Source: a phage. From it: a stretch of 64,000 bases of DNA. The stretch lies in sequence record PZ256263.1; one strand, given 5' to 3'. This document shows, piece by piece, positions 48,101 through 55,763 of this stretch. The position numbers and the translations under genes were made by a program. Every line of letters begins with the position of its first letter. Position 1 is the first letter of the stretch. The notes below the pieces were generated by a model. The model was not told where the DNA came from. It did not search any database and saw only the letters and a list, made by a program, of their open reading frames with translations.

Positions 48101-48203
48101 GAGCATTTATAGCATTAGTGAAAGCATTAGGAGCTAAGTCTGTCGGAGCCTGATCAGCGATAACGCCTACAGCACCTAGTGACTTTATTGGATACAGCGC
48201 CAT
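45186..48203 (-). CDS. large tail protein with multiple bacterial Ig-like (BIG2-type) domains
   Basis: Track ORF 1005 aa; repeated Thr/Ser/Val-rich modules (VTISTANESVVAQIAV, VTITADNGTKTASCEVV, TEITATTEEGSRVAVCTV). Confidence 0.7.
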   Translation of the reverse strand: MALYPIKSLGAVGVIADQAPTDLAPNAFTNAINARFVEQRVFKTGGNAPLSYVDEDKDLTPLSFVSMPFDYYSAGNSFLVVGTDKKLYKLTDESLTDISRKVATVTKKASASIKIYPVVSQIVPKESTISMNFNQTKNLEVSLLPADANNTDLIWEVSNSAYGSVTVDPSDSKLATLTSFEKEGNLVVTISTANESVVAQIAVNIIDGDSGIFLSQDTVTIRKGGTTTLTAVTGKTPVTWSSNNASIVSVTPNANSLTAVITANGEGNVTITADNGTKTASCEVVSIPQIDSISLSQSDVTVSRGSQYILTATLSPANAPNQNITWTSSNPNIATVSGTGTQGTINALLAGFTEITATTEEGSRVAVCTVRVDLAGRTMRTSAMAFAAPVSESVETQEEEVVTPPESEETVYFAEPTSGIDTSGMYEGNNFYDYSNVNDIEGFARASLLATPLSSVTLDIVSASLDVGEEIVITATASPEGEYSYQWSVDKTGYVSTTSVTGKSIKLVALRKGEINVTCTVSQMTQKDYDAFDDYPWYHAVISNCAVATTHYETPQVKEFESEYFVDLPGWGEQTVVDNDGNPSVKKFNWKCERVRSFNNRLFALNMREANASGVTTNYPLRLRWSNFANENKAPTLWDDFAYDRVVSSDLASNIVGQTQALENGYAGYIDLADSNGSLIDILPLKDYLFVYTEFETYIGSPTNNTYQPLMFKKLFNDSGILAPECVVEVEGSHFVVTQNDVILHNGATKKSIASNRVKNMLINEVCLVNPLATRVHLHQDKKEVWVLYVGPGEPKESFACTKAAVWNYEFDTWSFRTIPYAQCIGLVDPPVLERGPIWSDFQEITWDDPSIKELVWRKDATNFRQRVTIVGSFLKGFYQVDVGALDYFYDRLNDVVIEKPLEMRLERTGIDFDNVTNEWNQKHINRFRPQTTGSGTYIFEAGGSQFSNEYGHPHTSKTYTIGVDRHVSVRLNHPYLFYNVIDNDVNSNAAINGLTIEFAVGGRR

Positions 48204-48212
48204 AATTCCTCC

Positions 48213-49016
48213 TTAGCTAATACGTCTCCAAATGTGAGCTGCTCTGAATGGTGGCAAAGTGTTAATAGGTTGACGAGAGATATCATCACGACCAAGACTT
48301 ACACTACCAGAGATTGTATGAGTGTGAGTATCATTATCAGTTCTCTGACTATATCCACCACCCGGACTATACCAGTTTGGCGAGCTGTTATGACCACTAG
48401 CATCTCCACGACCAAATACCATATTGTGACTGTGAGTATTACTGGATAGAGAGAAGCTGGAGCCATTAACTGTCATCAAAGGTACGTTCTCAGTTCGAAT
48501 AGTATTGAAGACACGACCACCAGTACCACCTGCTTGGAACTCAACTCTTTGAGCGTTAGGAACAGAACCATCAGGGTTTACTACACCAGTACCCATGATA
48601 ACACCAGTCACTTTAGCCCAAGAGCCAAACCCTAAGGAGATTGAATCACCGGGGTTAATGTCTTCTTCAGTGATGTAATAAGAACCGATTCGATAGAGCT
48701 TATTCTCCATCCAGTTCTTCATGAACGCTTCCATCTGGCCTTTAGTAACAACATCCTTGTCACCAGTTCCCGGAGTAACATTCTTGATCATAAGACCACC
48801 AACATCCATTGCATCACCAGTAAACTTGAGCTTCTCTGACATGATCTTAAAGGTGTCAGAATCTATATCAACTGGCTCTGTAACATTGGGGAATGTGTTC
48901 TGTAACGTTTGTTTAATGAGGCGGATTTGAGCCGCCCCTTCGTAGATGTAATCCCTGTCTCTAGGATAGAGTGGGTTTAAGTCGGTAATAACTACCGCAT
49001 TAGTTTCGATAGCCAA
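48213..49016 (-). CDS. tail fibre-like protein
   Basis: Track ORF 267 aa; IKNVTPGTGDKDVVTKGQM resembles the fibre N-terminal DAVN-type motif; Gly/Ser-rich C-terminus. Confidence 0.55.
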   Translation of the reverse strand: MAIETNAVVITDLNPLYPRDRDYIYEGAAQIRLIKQTLQNTFPNVTEPVDIDSDTFKIMSEKLKFTGDAMDVGGLMIKNVTPGTGDKDVVTKGQMEAFMKNWMENKLYRIGSYYITEEDINPGDSISLGFGSWAKVTGVIMGTGVVNPDGSVPNAQRVEFQAGGTGGRVFNTIRTENVPLMTVNGSSFSLSSNTHSHNMVFGRGDASGHNSSPNWYSPGGGYSQRTDNDTHTHTISGSVSLGRDDISRQPINTLPPFRAAHIWRRIS

Positions 49017-49028
49017 AAGGCACCTCCA

Positions 49029-49520
49029 TTAATATTTACCTTCGGTGTAAAGATTAGCTTCTGCAACTCTTCTATTATGAAGACCCTGACTTCTCTGCTT
49101 CTCTCCCTTGACCGTTATTTTATCCCAACGAAGAAATTCGGAATAAACATCCCCCTTAACATCTCCATTGATTACCTTCCTTAACTTAGATGTGCTCAAA
49201 GCCCCACTGCCAACATTGAAGTTGAAAGAAGTGAGTGCATCAAACTCATGAACTAGTAAAGGAACCTTTATGTTCTTCTGAGTAGCACGAACAGAGTCTT
49301 GTGTGTCTCTATCTAGCAGAGCTAGACAATCCTCTATAGAATACGTTAATCCTTGTCTAACCGGATAACCATTCATATCGCGCGTAGCCCCTACACATAT
49401 AGTCCAGATACCTGCGGAATCTTTATAAGCCTTTGTTCTCATACCCTCATGCTTCATGATGAATTCCATTCCAGCTGGGCTTAAGTTTAGTTGTACAGGT
49501 GGCAATGCGACGTTATCCAT
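49029..49520 (-). CDS. endolysin, GH24 lysozyme (T4 e-like)
   Basis: Track ORF 163 aa; MKHEGMRTKAYKDSAGIWTICVGAT matches the catalytic EG...Y.D..G..TIG.G motif. Confidence 0.85.
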   Translation of the reverse strand: MDNVALPPVQLNLSPAGMEFIMKHEGMRTKAYKDSAGIWTICVGATRDMNGYPVRQGLTYSIEDCLALLDRDTQDSVRATQKNIKVPLLVHEFDALTSFNFNVGSGALSTSKLRKVINGDVKGDVYSEFLRWDKITVKGEKQRSQGLHNRRVAEANLYTEGKY

Positions 49521-49549
49521 TTCTAACCTCCTTTTGTAGTCCCTTTAAA

Positions 49550-49768
49550 TTAAGGTAGTATCTTTCTCAGAGCGTTAGATTCAGCATCAGGGCAAATAAC
49601 AACTAAGTTATTTTGAATTGTTCTCTGCTTGCATTGAGAGCTAAGCTTCTCTACTGGAGCAGGGACAGTTACTAATGGATGAACTGCGCCTACAGGAACT
49701 GCGGTGGATACCACAACACCTGCGCCTAAACATATTAAACCATATGCAGCTTGTTTCATCATTTTCAT
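49550..49768 (-). CDS. small secreted/membrane protein immediately upstream of endolysin
   Basis: Track ORF 72 aa; N-terminal hydrophobic segment; GGAGA upstream. Confidence 0.45.
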   Translation of the reverse strand: MKMMKQAAYGLICLGAGVVVSTAVPVGAVHPLVTVPAPVEKLSSQCKQRTIQNNLVVICPDAESNALRKILP

Positions 49769-49840
49769 TTGAGTGTCTCCTATATATTAACCTCTTGGGA
49801 TATATTAGTTTCATTACTTACTAAGGGTACTCACTACTAA

Positions 49841-49856
49841 AGCCCCCGAAGGGGCT
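49841..49856 (-). promoter_or_regulatory. intercistronic stem-loop with UUCG tetraloop
   Basis: Minus RNA agcccc-uucg-ggggcu, 5 nt after stop of the 49861 gene; no U-run. Confidence 0.4.
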
Positions 49857-49860
49857 TATA

Positions 49861-52059
49861 TTACCTCTCTGCTAGTTTTGCTTCTAGAACTTCAATACGC
49901 TTCAGAAGGTCTTGAACAACCTGCATAGTATCAAGGAGCATAGGAGCTGAGTCTAGCTCTTTCTGTTCTTGCTCTACACCATCATTGTCGTGGAACCTAC
50001 GAGTCTTAACATAAAGAGGTTCTACCTTTTCTGCTTGCTGTGCAATAATACCACGACGAGTTCTTCCTTGCTCATCATTGTTATACACAAATGATTTGAA
50101 ATCCAAACCTTTAATAGCTTTGATAGCTTTCTCAGGGGAAATATCTTGGATATCATGTTTTAATCTTTCATCTGACACGGGATTCAGAGCAAGAGTGTAT
50201 GTTCCAGTAGAGCCGGGTTGCCAAGTATAATATAAAATCTCATTCCTGTTTGGTCGAAGTGTTAGACGGCAACCGTATTTGTTGTCTTCATCACCTGCAA
50301 CGTGCCAGCAAGAATCGGCAAAAGTTCCGGCGTCGTTGTGAATCATGCCAACATGAGTGGTGGTCTTGTATCCCCCACTAGATGATTGAGAAGCACTTAG
50401 TATGGAATTGAAGGAGAAGTTAGACCCTAGCCCTTGGTTGTCCATGGAGAATGTTCCTTTCCTAGCTCCTGTTTCACTCCAAGACATCAAAGTGCCAAAT
50501 CTAGAAACATACCTATCAGAATTCAGTGTACCAGAATCGTCGAAAGCTAACTGCTTGGTAACTCCTTTAGTTTTATTGTAGACGTCAATGATTCCATAGT
50601 AAGCTCCGTTGATGTAGGCATCAGTTTTGAGAGTAGTAGAAGCTTCTACTTCTGAACCGATTTTATACTCAGAGACAACTGACCCACTAGAAACTTTCGT
50701 TCCATTGGAAGGTCGTGTGGTGTCACTATTAATAACAGACCAAGAAGTATTAGCAGCAACAAATCCACCATGAGCACGAATAGTCCAAACCCCCACAAAG
50801 TTTCTCGGTATAATGTTGTCAGAGATACTATAACGACCATAAACTGGGTTGGACCGGCTTGCGTCGAAGACTAGAGTATTATTACGTCCATCAACTGCAC
50901 CGGACCCCGGAGGTATAGTGTCCCCTCCACCAGCCGGATACAAACTGTTATCCGTATAGAATGAATCTTGCACAGACGTCCCGAATATCCCTGCATAAGT
51001 CCCGGCTGATACACCAGCGACCTTACCTTTGATATTGGGTGCAGCAGAATCATAGATAACACCATTGTTAGATGATGTACCACCATCACCGCGACCAAAT
51101 AACTCCTTAATAGAACCAACCTGAACCCCGTTGCGGTCTGGAACGCGGAAAGTAGTAGAACCGTCACCAGTAGAGTACTGTCCACGTTTTTGGGCATCAC
51201 TAAGCCATTCAGAATCTGAGATAGGGGATAACAGCTGTGCATAAGCCCAGAGATCTGGGTACTCTGAACGATTAAGAAGCTGACCGTCTGACGTTACCTC
51301 AAAAGCTGGAATAAAAGCTCGACTGTCACGTAAATGGAAATCACCAATACCAAAGTTAGAGATACCGCTCATCGTAGGACCACCAGAGCCACCACCACTG
51401 TTTCGAAGCTGTCTCAAAGTAACCGCATCATAATCACCAACTGCATCAGGGACAGTTACTGGTTGAGTGAAAGTAACTTTCTGTGTGAGCTGTTTGATAT
51501 CAGAGTTAATCCCTGTACGAGTAACACCTACCGTACGACCTTTAGAGTCTTTAACATAAGAACCAATTGCAGCAAAAGGCAAATCCTCAATCTCAGGACG
51601 GTAACGTTTAGAATAAACTGGATACTTAGTTTCTACCCCAGAGTCATTCTGGTCAACAACCTGAAGACGACCAGCAGAATGAATCTCTACACCTTGAACT
51701 GAAGAGGCATAACTACCAATCTTGATTGAGTTATCAGTAGTAACTTTCATCATATCAACTGATTCTACACCATTAGCTCCAGTAGAACGGAATGGGGTAT
51801 CATTAACAACCCAAGGGTCTTCTCGGAACAGCGCACCAGACATAATAGGTTGAATCGAATCCAGCACAAAATCTTTAGATGCACCCTCTGTTTTAGTTTG
51901 ATAGGTAGCAGCTGCGTCGGTTTTCTGTAAATATTTTCCGGTGAGGTTAATAGCTCCAGCCTGTCCATCTACAGTAGAAACCCCAACAACAGCCGCGTCT
52001 CTGGTTACAACCACATGAGGCATCATTATACCAGATTTGGGCATTAATTCTCTAGACAT
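49861..52059 (-). CDS. tail fibre/tailspike with C-terminal intramolecular chaperone (peptidase S74-like) domain
   Basis: Track ORF 732 aa; C-terminal SDERLKHDIQDISPEKAIKAIKGLDFKSFVYN matches the auto-cleaving chaperone motif. Confidence 0.75.
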   Translation of the reverse strand: MSRELMPKSGIMMPHVVVTRDAAVVGVSTVDGQAGAINLTGKYLQKTDAAATYQTKTEGASKDFVLDSIQPIMSGALFREDPWVVNDTPFRSTGANGVESVDMMKVTTDNSIKIGSYASSVQGVEIHSAGRLQVVDQNDSGVETKYPVYSKRYRPEIEDLPFAAIGSYVKDSKGRTVGVTRTGINSDIKQLTQKVTFTQPVTVPDAVGDYDAVTLRQLRNSGGGSGGPTMSGISNFGIGDFHLRDSRAFIPAFEVTSDGQLLNRSEYPDLWAYAQLLSPISDSEWLSDAQKRGQYSTGDGSTTFRVPDRNGVQVGSIKELFGRGDGGTSSNNGVIYDSAAPNIKGKVAGVSAGTYAGIFGTSVQDSFYTDNSLYPAGGGDTIPPGSGAVDGRNNTLVFDASRSNPVYGRYSISDNIIPRNFVGVWTIRAHGGFVAANTSWSVINSDTTRPSNGTKVSSGSVVSEYKIGSEVEASTTLKTDAYINGAYYGIIDVYNKTKGVTKQLAFDDSGTLNSDRYVSRFGTLMSWSETGARKGTFSMDNQGLGSNFSFNSILSASQSSSGGYKTTTHVGMIHNDAGTFADSCWHVAGDEDNKYGCRLTLRPNRNEILYYTWQPGSTGTYTLALNPVSDERLKHDIQDISPEKAIKAIKGLDFKSFVYNNDEQGRTRRGIIAQQAEKVEPLYVKTRRFHDNDGVEQEQKELDSAPMLLDTMQVVQDLLKRIEVLEAKLAER

Positions 52060-52073
52060 TTAAATCTCCTTAA

Positions 52074-52090
52074 AGCTCCCCGAAGGGAGC
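52074..52090 (-). promoter_or_regulatory. intercistronic stem-loop with UUCG tetraloop
   Basis: Minus RNA gcuccc-uucg-gggagc between the two tail fibre genes, just upstream of GGAGA. Confidence 0.4.
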
Positions 52091-52099
52091 ATTGTTAAA

Positions 52100-54376
52100 T
52101 TACTCAGAAGGCATTTCAACACGAACTGAAATAAAAGCATCACTCGGGATATCAATAGGATCACCGTCAGAAAAACCTTCTATCTCATTTCTAGCAAAAA
52201 CCGGAGAGGTTGGATGGGTTCTGTGATAGGTTTTAACTAAAATAGAACCATCTTCTTTAATCTCATAGTCCAGCCAAACCCTAGGTTGTTTGTTGCGGTC
52301 AGTAGGGATTTCAAAGCCGCCGTCAATGCCTCCCCATTTTGCATCTGCGTTTAAGCCAAGGCAACCGGTAATCAAGTACTCACCAACACCTTGCCGAATG
52401 ACATTAACCCCCTCAGATTCCTCGTTCGTCTCATATCGACCGTCGGAGTAAATATGAACTACCGGAGATGCCGCTTTGATAAATCCGTTTACATCAACAG
52501 TGGTGTTTTTGTTTGTAAGACAATGGACATATTTTATTGTTCCGTCTGCAATCTTTATTGCGTAAGATATGCGACCGTATTGTGAGGCTTCGCCACCAGA
52601 CCCTGCATATGACACACCGTGGGCAATCCAGAAGTTAGTATCCTCTGGCTGCATATACCAGTAGCAGTTAAACAAGTCTAAAGTAAACAGGCCGTTCCCG
52701 GAGGCATGTTGGACACGATCCCCAGTACCACCTACGCCTGAATTTGCTGGGGTGTTACTTAGCGCTCCAATATTGAACCTTGCACCAGCAGCATCTCCAG
52801 CCCCTGTCCCACCATTAGCAATAGGTACATTATCCAGAGTAGAAACACTTCCCAACCCTAGATTAGAACGAGCACTAGCAGCGTCTTTAGCTCCAGTGCC
52901 TCCTTGTGTGACAGACAGTGCTGTAGTGAGTCCCGTGAGGGATGTTATATCAGAGTTTGTACCAGAAGCGGCAGCACCTAAAATTGATCTGGAGATGTTC
53001 ACATTACCAGTAATCTCATCAGGAGCTTGGTTATTTACAGTAACAACATAAGGTTTCTGAGCCTGTACAGACCCATTGTACTGAGAGTCTTTATCAGAAT
53101 CTGGTGCTCTTATTGCCTCCCCTCCAGTCCAATCAGGAAGTCGAATGTTGATAAAATTAGTAGAATCTGCATCGGTAATACCATCTGCCAATTTACCCCA
53201 AGAGAAGTATTGTTTAGCCCCTGCTTGCCATTCAGTTTCAGAAACAACAGGAAGTTGTCCACTGACAAGGGATGGGCCTAAATCTGAAGCAGACTCTTTA
53301 GACACTAGACGACCATCGGCTGGAAGAACGCCCGGATAGGAGATATTCTTTGTTGGGTCATAAGGGAACATTACCATCTCACCAAGATATAGAGAAGGGT
53401 TTCCTGTTGGAATGGTAATGTCAATATTACCACTGGAGTCTGGAGAACGGGAATTAACAGTAAGAATTCTACCTTCAGTTTTAACAGGAGTTAATGTTTT
53501 GTTAGCAGCAACAGTATAAAATTCATACTTAGTAGCTTCCCAAACTAAGACCTTCTCACCAACTTGGCGATACTGAGCGTCAGCATCAGCTTCTGCTTTA
53601 GATTGATATGTCTTGGTGGTTTTATCAAACTTGTCATTAATCTCTTGACGACTGTACTGAGCAACGTTCAGAACATTCCCTAAACCTACCGTCTCTTTGT
53701 TAAGTGTTAGAGCAACCTCTCCATCAAGAGCTGGACCGCCGTTAATAGAGACAGAACGAACAGATGGGATTAAATTAGCAATGTTATCTAGAGTAGTTTT
53801 GTGGACGGTATTGTCATCTTTGTCAACATAGAAACCTAAATCACCTAGCTCTGGAACACCTGTAGGTGCTGTATCCAAATCCTTAACAGAACCATCTTTT
53901 CCGGGATCACCTTCTGGAATACCTAAAGAGATTACACCAGTGTTAGGATTAAAAGAGCCAGTAGCCGGAGTTCCCGGAGGGAGAGTTGTTACATCAACAG
54001 ACATTCCTAACAGAACATCAAGCTGATTCTGGACTTCAATAAGTTTTTGGTTAATGAGAGCAACGGCATTATTAGCATCCGATACTGCTGCGTTGGTTTG
54101 GGCAATCAGAGTCATCAAACGAGCATCTTGATCCTTAAAATCCTGCTTAAGATCTTCAATATCCTGCTTCATCAGAACACCCTGTTGATATAGACGTTCT
54201 ACTTCAGCGATTAAATCATCAATTGTACCAAACTTAGATTCTGCTAGCAGTGCCCAATATTTGGAGTCAGCTGCATATTCTGCTGCTTGCTTGTAAGCTC
54301 CGATAGAGCCTTCAGTAGCACCAAACTGCCCAACGTTATTCACTGCATCAGGTGCTTGGTTATTATAAACGATCAT
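52100..54376 (-). CDS. tail fibre protein with GGTGA-type repeats
   Basis: Track ORF 758 aa; QGGTGAKDAASARSNLGLG and ANGGTGAGDAAGARFNIGAL repeats. Confidence 0.7.
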   Translation of the reverse strand: MIVYNNQAPDAVNNVGQFGATEGSIGAYKQAAEYAADSKYWALLAESKFGTIDDLIAEVERLYQQGVLMKQDIEDLKQDFKDQDARLMTLIAQTNAAVSDANNAVALINQKLIEVQNQLDVLLGMSVDVTTLPPGTPATGSFNPNTGVISLGIPEGDPGKDGSVKDLDTAPTGVPELGDLGFYVDKDDNTVHKTTLDNIANLIPSVRSVSINGGPALDGEVALTLNKETVGLGNVLNVAQYSRQEINDKFDKTTKTYQSKAEADADAQYRQVGEKVLVWEATKYEFYTVAANKTLTPVKTEGRILTVNSRSPDSSGNIDITIPTGNPSLYLGEMVMFPYDPTKNISYPGVLPADGRLVSKESASDLGPSLVSGQLPVVSETEWQAGAKQYFSWGKLADGITDADSTNFINIRLPDWTGGEAIRAPDSDKDSQYNGSVQAQKPYVVTVNNQAPDEITGNVNISRSILGAAASGTNSDITSLTGLTTALSVTQGGTGAKDAASARSNLGLGSVSTLDNVPIANGGTGAGDAAGARFNIGALSNTPANSGVGGTGDRVQHASGNGLFTLDLFNCYWYMQPEDTNFWIAHGVSYAGSGGEASQYGRISYAIKIADGTIKYVHCLTNKNTTVDVNGFIKAASPVVHIYSDGRYETNEESEGVNVIRQGVGEYLITGCLGLNADAKWGGIDGGFEIPTDRNKQPRVWLDYEIKEDGSILVKTYHRTHPTSPVFARNEIEGFSDGDPIDIPSDAFISVRVEMPSE

Positions 54377-54385
54377 ATTATCTCC

Positions 54386-55138
54386 TTATACACGAGAAGT
54401 ACGAATACCATAAATATCAGGCAAGCTGCTCTGAAGTCGAGTCATGTTATTCGGAATTGCGATAGGTGAACCTGAGTACTCTTGTTTCTTATTCTGTTCT
54501 ACCATTTCATCAAGGATAGCTTTTCCTAATGCTGACCATTTCTGAACACCATTATCATCTTGAACAAAGAGACAAGCATGACGTAGGGTGAAATACAGAA
54601 GAAGTTCTGGTGCTATAGTAAGAATAGTACTAGTATCTGTATCTTCATGGAATTCCGGTGGGTCTGCATAATAGCTAAGAATCACTGAGTTTTCTGCTGG
54701 AATCAAAGGGCTTCCATCATCAGGGTAGTACGGAGTATCTGCTTCGATGCTAGGGTAGAAAATGAAACGACTACCGAAACGAGCAAAGTTGACAGGTTGG
54801 TTATTCCAGTGAGATGGGTTAATTGTTCCATGCTGTCTACGATAGCTAATCTCTTCAGGAGAGGTTACTTGGAAGATTGTGCCATCTTTGGCTCTCATCA
54901 TCCATTGAGCTTCTAAGTAATCAGGAGGAATGTAAGCTACTCCATCTTTAATATCTAAATATACTTCTTTTTCCAGAGGAGGAATACGTAAGTTACGATA
55001 AATCTCTTTCTCTGCAAAGTTAATAAAGTTTGGAATTTGATTAACAAATTCGTCATCGTCCCTATCTGCCCAGAGGGCCACGGCCTTCTTTAGCCACCCA
55101 TAGGTATTGATGGGGTATTGAACATCTGGCATTGCCAT
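54386..55138 (-). CDS. virion protein (putative head-tail adaptor or tail tubular protein)
   Basis: Track ORF 250 aa; first gene after the capsid terminator, with own promoter motif and GGAGG. Confidence 0.5.
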   Translation of the reverse strand: MAMPDVQYPINTYGWLKKAVALWADRDDDEFVNQIPNFINFAEKEIYRNLRIPPLEKEVYLDIKDGVAYIPPDYLEAQWMMRAKDGTIFQVTSPEEISYRRQHGTINPSHWNNQPVNFARFGSRFIFYPSIEADTPYYPDDGSPLIPAENSVILSYYADPPEFHEDTDTSTILTIAPELLLYFTLRHACLFVQDDNGVQKWSALGKAILDEMVEQNKKQEYSGSPIAIPNNMTRLQSSLPDIYGIRTSRV

Positions 55139-55171
55139 AGGTTGTCCTCCTTGTTATATGTAGACAAAGAA

Positions 55172-55180
55172 TATACATTA
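55172..55180 (-). promoter_or_regulatory. TAATGTATA motif, candidate promoter downstream of the capsid terminator
   Basis: Minus strand reads gtgtgTAATGTATAtt, about 20 nt upstream of AGGAGG and ATG 55138. Confidence 0.5.
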
Positions 55181-55200
55181 CACACTGGCTTGTATAGGTC

Positions 55201-55233
55201 TTAAAACGAAAAAACCCCGCCCGAAGGCAGGGT
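55201..55233 (-). terminator. rho-independent terminator after the capsid/Ig-like coding region
   Basis: Minus RNA stem acccugcc/ggcggggu with UUCG loop followed by uuuuuucguuuu, a few nt after the Ig-frame stop. Confidence 0.65.
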
Positions 55234-55239
55234 CTAGTT

Positions 55240-55752
55240 TTAAGCAGGTGTTACACCAGTAAAAGTGCATGTTGCATTGATGGATGGGTCAGCTGTCAAA
55301 CTTGCTTGAACAGTAACTTCGCCACTTGCAGCAGCATCTAAGGTTAACGCACCAGCGGCGCTTACTGTACCAGCTTCTGTAGGGGTTACAACAAACGTGT
55401 AATCCGCAGCAGTAGAATTAGTTACAGTAAACATGGTAGTGAAGTTAGTGGAAGAACCACCAGTTTTACCCGTAATTGGACCCTTAGCTACAATAGTAGG
55501 AGCAGGAGCAACAATTTCAGAAATGGTTGCTGTACCAGAAACACCTTCTAAAGTTGCAGTAATGGATACATCAGTGGATTGAGACGCACTCGGAGCAGTA
55601 TACAAACCAGACTGAGTGATAGAACCACCTCCTGTCACTGACCAAGTAAAGCCAGTTGTTTCGGTAGAACCATCACTTTTCTCCGCGCTTGCAGTGAACT
55701 GCCGAGTAGCCCCTGTCTCTAGACTTGCTAAAGACGCAGGGCTAACAGTCAC
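55240..55752 (-). CDS. Ig-like (BIG2-type) domain, probably a -1 frameshift extension of the major capsid protein
   Basis: Track ORF 170 aa begins at GTG with no SD; its frame stays open 30 codons upstream into the capsid gene 3' end; Thr/Ser/Ala-rich with BIG2-like VSPASLASLETGATRQFTA. Confidence 0.6.
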   Translation of the reverse strand: MTVSPASLASLETGATRQFTASAEKSDGSTETTGFTWSVTGGGSITQSGLYTAPSASQSTDVSITATLEGVSGTATISEIVAPAPTIVAKGPITGKTGGSSTNFTTMFTVTNSTAADYTFVVTPTEAGTVSAAGALTLDAAASGEVTVQASLTADPSINATCTFTGVTPA

Positions 55753-55763
55753 ACTGTCTACTG

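Noticed and set aside
49750-49758. Motif-like TAATATATA on the minus strand upstream of the 49550-49768 gene, and TAATGTAGA near 62589-62597 upstream of the small terminase gene
   Set aside because: Each has one mismatch and abuts the Shine-Dalgarno, unlike the 20-46 nt spacing at the four exact sites; too weak to call as promoters.
55752-55752. Independent initiation of the Ig-like ORF at the GTG chosen by the track
   Set aside because: No Shine-Dalgarno upstream, the frame is open 30 codons further upstream across the capsid stop, and a slippery heptamer is present; a frameshift extension is more parsimonious, though not proven.
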